This document shows, piece by piece, positions 61,056 to 64,000 of a stretch of DNA of 64,000 nucleotides. Numbering within the stretch: the stretch's first letter is position 1; every line of letters starts with the position of its first letter. The stretch comes from Somniosus microcephalus (lineage: Eukaryota). The notes beneath the pieces are model-generated. The model had not been told where the DNA came from and searched no databases. It saw only the letters and a program-made list of their open reading frames with translations. Made by a program: the position numbers and the translations under genes. The DNA lies in NCBI GenBank assembly GCA_052327205.1, contig CM126221.1, positions 55,056,001-55,120,000 on the forward strand. Direction: 5' to 3'.

Positions 61056-62743
61056 TATCCGTTTCTGATGCCAGTTCCCAGATTGACTGCGATTTCTGTC
61101 TGCTTCTAAACTTCAGATGGAATTGGCAATGAGAATGTAATCTTGGGGATGGGTAATGTGGTATTTTGAGGGGTACTGCGAACAGATCAGGTGTGGGCTA
61201 AATTTGGAGATCGCTGTGGTAATCTTCATACAGGTAGATTCTCAGTGTGCAGTTTTCAGATTTAAAGGAACGGCTTGCTTTAACCGTCAAAATTTAATCA
61301 TTTAAGATGAGGGTTAGGGTAGCACGTCCTTCATTTAACCACCCCAGCCTCATTGTGGGGTACAGTGAGCATGTCCTTCCTGCTACTGGGTTGCTGAGTG
61401 GTGTGGAGCAGGTTGGACTTCAGTGCATGTGTGCAATTCACCTGGTTCTCACTGACATGGGCTGAGTGTAGCCATCCCCAACTCTTTCATTTTTGAACTT
61501 GTATTATTAAAAACTTTATTTGGTGAACTTTGCTCTCATCAAAGTGAAGTATCTTAACACTGAGGAATGGACCACTTCCACCACCCAGTGCCCGAATCAT
61601 GCAGTCCCAGGTCAGGAATAACACAACCTGAAGCTTTCTCCTCGCTCCTGCCAATGTTCACTAACTTCTGAAGAATATTCTCCAACTGTAGCTGTCTGAC
61701 ACTTTCTATTCCCACTGTATCCATCCTATGGCCTGAGTGCAAATTGGGAGCATTAGGAACTGAATTGAGACTGCCCCCAACTAAAATTGGATCCTAAATT
61801 GTGCAGAAAATCTTGACTCTAGGAATTATTTTAAGTGGATTGTGGGCTTTCAGTGGCCCTGGGAATCTCTGAACCGGACTGCGTTCTGTTGTAATGTTGG
61901 GAGATTTTCCAAGCACGCACTGCACTAATGTAGTATGGTGCCCTGAGAAAGCATGTCACTGTTGCAGTGCTGGATTGCGTATCTGTTACTGTTAACCATA
62001 GGGAGGGAACTTACTGAATATGCTGCAGCATTTCGCCTTGTATAAAAAGCTCAGCGTGAATCCCATGGGCCAGGATCGATCAGTGGTCATTAACTTTCTT
62101 TCCTTTAGGAGGAATGCTAACTGACTCATTTTTTATTCAGGCAGTTGAAGCTATATTAAAATAACTGGAGATGCTGTGGATTTGCAACTAATGCAATGAA
62201 AGATTTCCTACCCGAATCCCTCGCGTGTATTTTCTCTGACACTTGTGGACCTCCGTCGATTTCCAGCATTCACAGGTTTGTTTTTAAATCCATGGAAAAA
62301 TCTGTTACGTTTAAATATAACTTCAGAGGAGCTACTTATCTCAAGTAAAACTGACCTCTTGCCTTGTCCTGTGCCCTGCTGAATGAAAGATTTCCTTTGT
62401 ATAATGTACAGGAGTCTGATACAAAACTGGCCAGTTTCTGAACTTCCACCAAACTATGAAATGATTTTATTTCCTTTTTCATAATGAAAAATATAAAGAT
62501 TTCAGGATATACTGAATAATTCATGTGAAGAGACTGGAAAGTGAGCCCTGCAAATGGAGCCACAGCTCAGGATATCTCATCTCTGCATTTTCTGAATAGG
62601 ATCAGTGTGATGGAGTCAAACTCGCACTATCTGCTTTGCCTTGAAAAGACATCCGTTTGTACTAATTTTATTACAACTTTTGTACGTTTTTGATGCAAGA
62701 ATTATTTATAAATTTCGTACATGTAATTACATTTGTATTTGCA

Positions 62744-62749
62744 AATAAA
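62744..62749 (+). terminator. Putative polyadenylation signal of CEP85
   Basis: AATAAA after an AU-rich stretch with several TGTA motifs, just before repeat-rich DNA resumes. Confidence 0.65.
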
Positions 62750-62769
62750 ATTTTCTATTTAACTGGATG

Positions 62770-63300
62770 CACATCTGGTGACTGAGGATCTGTGATCAGT
62801 TCGCACGCACTTCAGGTTTCGAAACCCCCTTGAGGGAAGCAAGATTATCCACTCCCAGCCTTGAATTTCTGACTGACTCCTTCTCCTGGTTTTTATTGGT
62901 AGCTCTGTCGGTTGCCCACGGTGACTGCTTCTCCTGAGAGAAGACAATGGGAACAAACTCTTCCATGGTTTTAATCTCACTGGAGGCTTTCAATTTTATA
63001 CTTGCCCCAGTTAATTGGCTCCTGGTCTGGCAAAGCCTCGTTTTTATATATAAATACTCATCCTTGTGTTCAAATCCCTCCATGGCCTTGACCCTCCTTA
63101 TCTCTCTAACCTCGTCCAGCCTTACAACTCTCCAAGATCTCTGCATTCTTCCAATTCTGGGCTTTTGTACATCCCTGATTTTCACCGCTCTACCTCATTT
63201 AAGTTGCTCCTTAAAACCTCTTTGACCTCACTGTCCTAATATCTCTTTGTGAAATATTGACTTTGTTAAAGGTGCTATATAAATGCAAGTTGTTGAAGGA
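62770..63300 (+). mobile_element. Old L2-like 3' fragment
   Basis: atccttgtgttcaaatccctccatggccttgaccctcc..tctctaacctc..ccagc and tail aaaggtgctatataaatgcaagttgttg. Confidence 0.65.
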
Positions 63301-64000
63301 AACATTCAAGTCGTCATTGAATAAAATACACATCTTGCTATCATGTAAGAGGGAAGAAATTAACTATTAGCCAGTTATAGATAAGTTTCAGAATGAGGAA
63401 GCGAATTGTCAGTGTCCCCAGAGGTAATGGAACAAAGATGCAATCAAACATTAAACCTAATCTAAAATGTTCCATATCTGACATTGCTAGTTTGAGAAGC
63501 TCAAGTCTTTGAGTGTCCCAGTTATTCTGTTCTTCCCTAGAGATTAGGTGGCTGACCATCAGTCAGTCAATGCTAATGTGGAGTCAGCCACAAACTTGTA
63601 TCCATCATAGAAGTCTATGGGTGCCCCATCAATTTTATATTCAGTTGATCTGTTATAAATGACTTGTTCTGATAACACAGTACATACGCCAAGTGAAGTG
63701 ATGCACACCAGATGGTCTCTGGATTGATCCTTGGTCATGAGTGGAGTCTTGCTTGGGGTGCTACATTGGGCTTCAGTGTCTCAGGCCAGAGAGGCAAAAA
63801 CAAATCAGCCTGGTTTATGTTTCTAATCTCTATCCAGAGACCCTCCTGGAAAGTAGGGTGAGGATCCCCATGGTTAAGTTCCTGCTGGTAAGGTATAGGC
63901 TCCTGTTAAGAATAGCACTAGAGGGCCACTGTTGAGTGAACCCCAACATGTCAGTGCCTTCAGGAGAGAAGGGAGACAAATTGGCGTGGAGGGGGAGGAA

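Overview
Vertebrate genomic DNA, almost certainly from a shark or other cartilaginous fish, judged from HE1-type V-SINE, SacSINE1-type DeuSINE, CR1 and Penelope repeats recognised from memory. The window holds one protein-coding gene on the + strand: centrosomal protein CEP85. I could read 13 coding exons by hand from the ATG at 11399 to the TGA at 60546. They join in frame into 2439 nt (812 aa), include one GC-AG intron, and are followed by a ~2.2 kb 3'UTR with AATAAA at 62744. The promoter and non-coding first exon appear to lie upstream of the window. The introns are packed with transposon relics: two near-full-length CR1 LINEs, many CR1/L2 fragments, Penelope-like fragments with hammerhead-like cores, several SINE families and DNA MITEs, often nested with readable target-site duplications. 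There are four minisatellites; the largest is a ~3.4 kb, 81% GC, 32-bp array that produces the six spurious >1100 aa ORFs. I found no clearly new multi-gene system. The best leads are the CEP85/CEP85L mosaic protein, an LF-SINE-like element in a shark, G4 minisatellites apparently seeded in one old SINE family, a repeat-built splice acceptor, and Penelope hammerhead and inverted-repeat relics, one of them in the 3'UTR. All homology calls come from remembered sequences, not database searches.
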